From a virus (taxonomy: Duplodnaviria; Heunggongvirae; Uroviricota; Caudoviricetes), in IMG/VR virus record IMGVR_UViG_3300014682_000009: DNA of 7,154 nucleotides; one strand, written 5' to 3'. The translations under genes were made by a program, and so were the position numbers. Below the pieces are notes generated by a model, which saw only the letters and a program-made list of their open reading frames with translations, ran no database searches and was not told where the DNA came from. Below, in pieces: positions 6,412-7,154 of this stretch; within the stretch, counting starts at the first letter, position 1; each line of letters begins with the position of its first letter.

Positions 6412-7115
6412 TAACTGACGGTAACAGTGCAGGAAGTGGAGGTCACCTTGTTAACAGGGCTTGCTGAATCAGAAATCTCGCAGGTATACGCACCGGCATC
6501 ACCTGATGCTGCTGATGCCTTACTGAATGTTGCCGCCGTCTGTCCGGAAACAGGAGAACTACCTTTCTTCCAGACATAAGAATAAGGCGGCACACCACCG
6601 GCAGCCTCAACCACCATTTCGAGTTTCGCTCCGGCAGAAACCTGCAGCGTGCTGTTTAAATCGACCTTCACTTTCAGCGGCTCTGTCGTCAGCACAGGTT
6701 TACCTTTCAGGCGCAGGGAAAACGTTGCAGCCACAACACCATTAGTTCCTGCAGACCAGGTATGCTGACGCACCTCTGCCATAAAGGTAAATCCGTTGCC
6801 TGACGGAAAAATAACTTTAAAGCCATACGTGGTGTCATTGTCATAGGCACTGCGCAACGCGTTCTGGGCAGCATTGAGGTAAAAGTTGCCTGACATGGAA
6901 ATCTCTGACGCGGCACCAAGGCCGTTAATATTTTCCTGCTCAACAGAACACAGCGTGGTGACATCAATATCCTGCTTTTGTCCTGCGGTAAACTGCACCT
7001 CTTTGATTGTACAGCTCAGGCCAAGATAGCTGGCAGAATCCAGGGTTTCTGCTGTTACCGGTGCAGACGAAATCATAATTTTCGTCAGTTGCGAACGCTC
7101 AAAATTAGAGGACAT
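6411..7115 (-). CDS. V: Major tail (tube) protein V with C-terminal Ig-like domain
   Basis: 234-aa ORF with a strong AGGAGA SD 5 nt upstream of the ATG at 7115, sitting immediately upstream of G/G-T. The C-terminal ~90 aa (…KVDLNSTLQVSAGAKLEMVVEAAGGVPPYSYVWKKGSSPVSGQTAATFSKASAASGDAGAYTCEISD…TVTVS) has the look of a bacterial Ig-like domain, as at the C-terminus of lambda gpV. The N-terminal domain is not lambda-like in sequence. Confidence 0.9.
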   Translation of the reverse strand: MSSNFERSQLTKIMISSAPVTAETLDSASYLGLSCTIKEVQFTAGQKQDIDVTTLCSVEQENINGLGAASEISMSGNFYLNAAQNALRSAYDNDTTYGFKVIFPSGNGFTFMAEVRQHTWSAGTNGVVAATFSLRLKGKPVLTTEPLKVKVDLNSTLQVSAGAKLEMVVEAAGGVPPYSYVWKKGSSPVSGQTAATFSKASAASGDAGAYTCEISDSASPVNKVTSTSCTVTVS

Positions 7116-7130
7116 ACTCGTCTCCTGAAA

Positions 7131-7154
7131 ATAAAAAACCCGCCAGCGGCGGGG
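7131..7154 (-). terminator. Intrinsic-terminator-like hairpin with U-tract upstream of V (3' of the preceding gene, presumably U)
   Basis: Minus-strand RNA CCCGCC-GCU-GGCGGG (6-bp all-GC stem) followed by UUUUUUAU, then the V SD and ATG. The structure abuts the window edge, so the 5' flank is unseen. Confidence 0.5.

Noticed and set aside
2296-6745. Plus-strand ORFs inside M, the tape measure, G and V (2296..2484, 2566..2871, 2910..3143, 3904..4197, 4382..4615, 4739..4966, 5428..5619, 6173..6418, 6527..6745)
   Set aside because: Antisense to well-supported tail genes; short, low-complexity or Pro/Ser/Arg-rich translations typical of non-coding frames.
134-6967. Minus-strand out-of-frame ORFs nested in real genes (134..436, 1488..1676, 2084..2302, 3225..3425, 3552..3734, 4227..4448, 6111..6335, 6707..6967)
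   Set aside because: Each is an alternative frame of a confidently called gene; the translations are Arg/Cys/Trp-rich with no start-site support.
1-7154. A novel defence or accessory system (toxin-antitoxin, restriction, abortive infection, CRISPR, moron cargo) in this window
   Set aside because: Every substantial ORF is accounted for by a syntenic tail-morphogenesis gene, junctions are overlapping or at most 60 nt, and there are no arrays of direct repeats, no RNA genes and no inserted ORFs with their own promoter or terminator. I cannot support such a call from this sequence.

Overview
This window is a contiguous siphovirus (lambdoid) tail-morphogenesis module, almost certainly from an enterobacterial phage or prophage, with every gene on the minus strand. 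Read 5'->3' on the minus strand (window end to window start) it contains: a terminator-like hairpin closing the upstream gene (7131-7154), major tail tube protein V with a C-terminal Ig-like domain (6411-7115), tail chaperone G (6025-6411), the G-T fusion made by a programmed -1 frameshift at A_AAA_AAG (heptamer 6028-6034, T frame down to 5723), a 1077-aa tape measure protein (2449-5682), minor tail protein M (2115-2456/2471), tail tip protein L (1417-2115), tail tip assembly protein K with JAMM and NlpC/P60 motifs (668-1411), tail assembly protein I (123-770), and the first 20 codons of host-specificity protein J (1-62). Gene identities rest on recalled similarity to phage lambda proteins, read from the translations; no database search was run. 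L, K, I and the J start look nearly lambda-identical, whereas V, G, T and the tape measure look like a different lineage, so the module appears mosaic. I do not see a defence system, toxin-antitoxin pair, CRISPR array, RNA gene, integrase or moron insertion; the DNA is packed with known tail genes and the only non-coding intervals are three short junctions, each carrying a hairpin plus U-tract. The points worth a second look are the frameshift site, the mosaic junction, the intergenic hairpins, the K start codon and the long tape measure.
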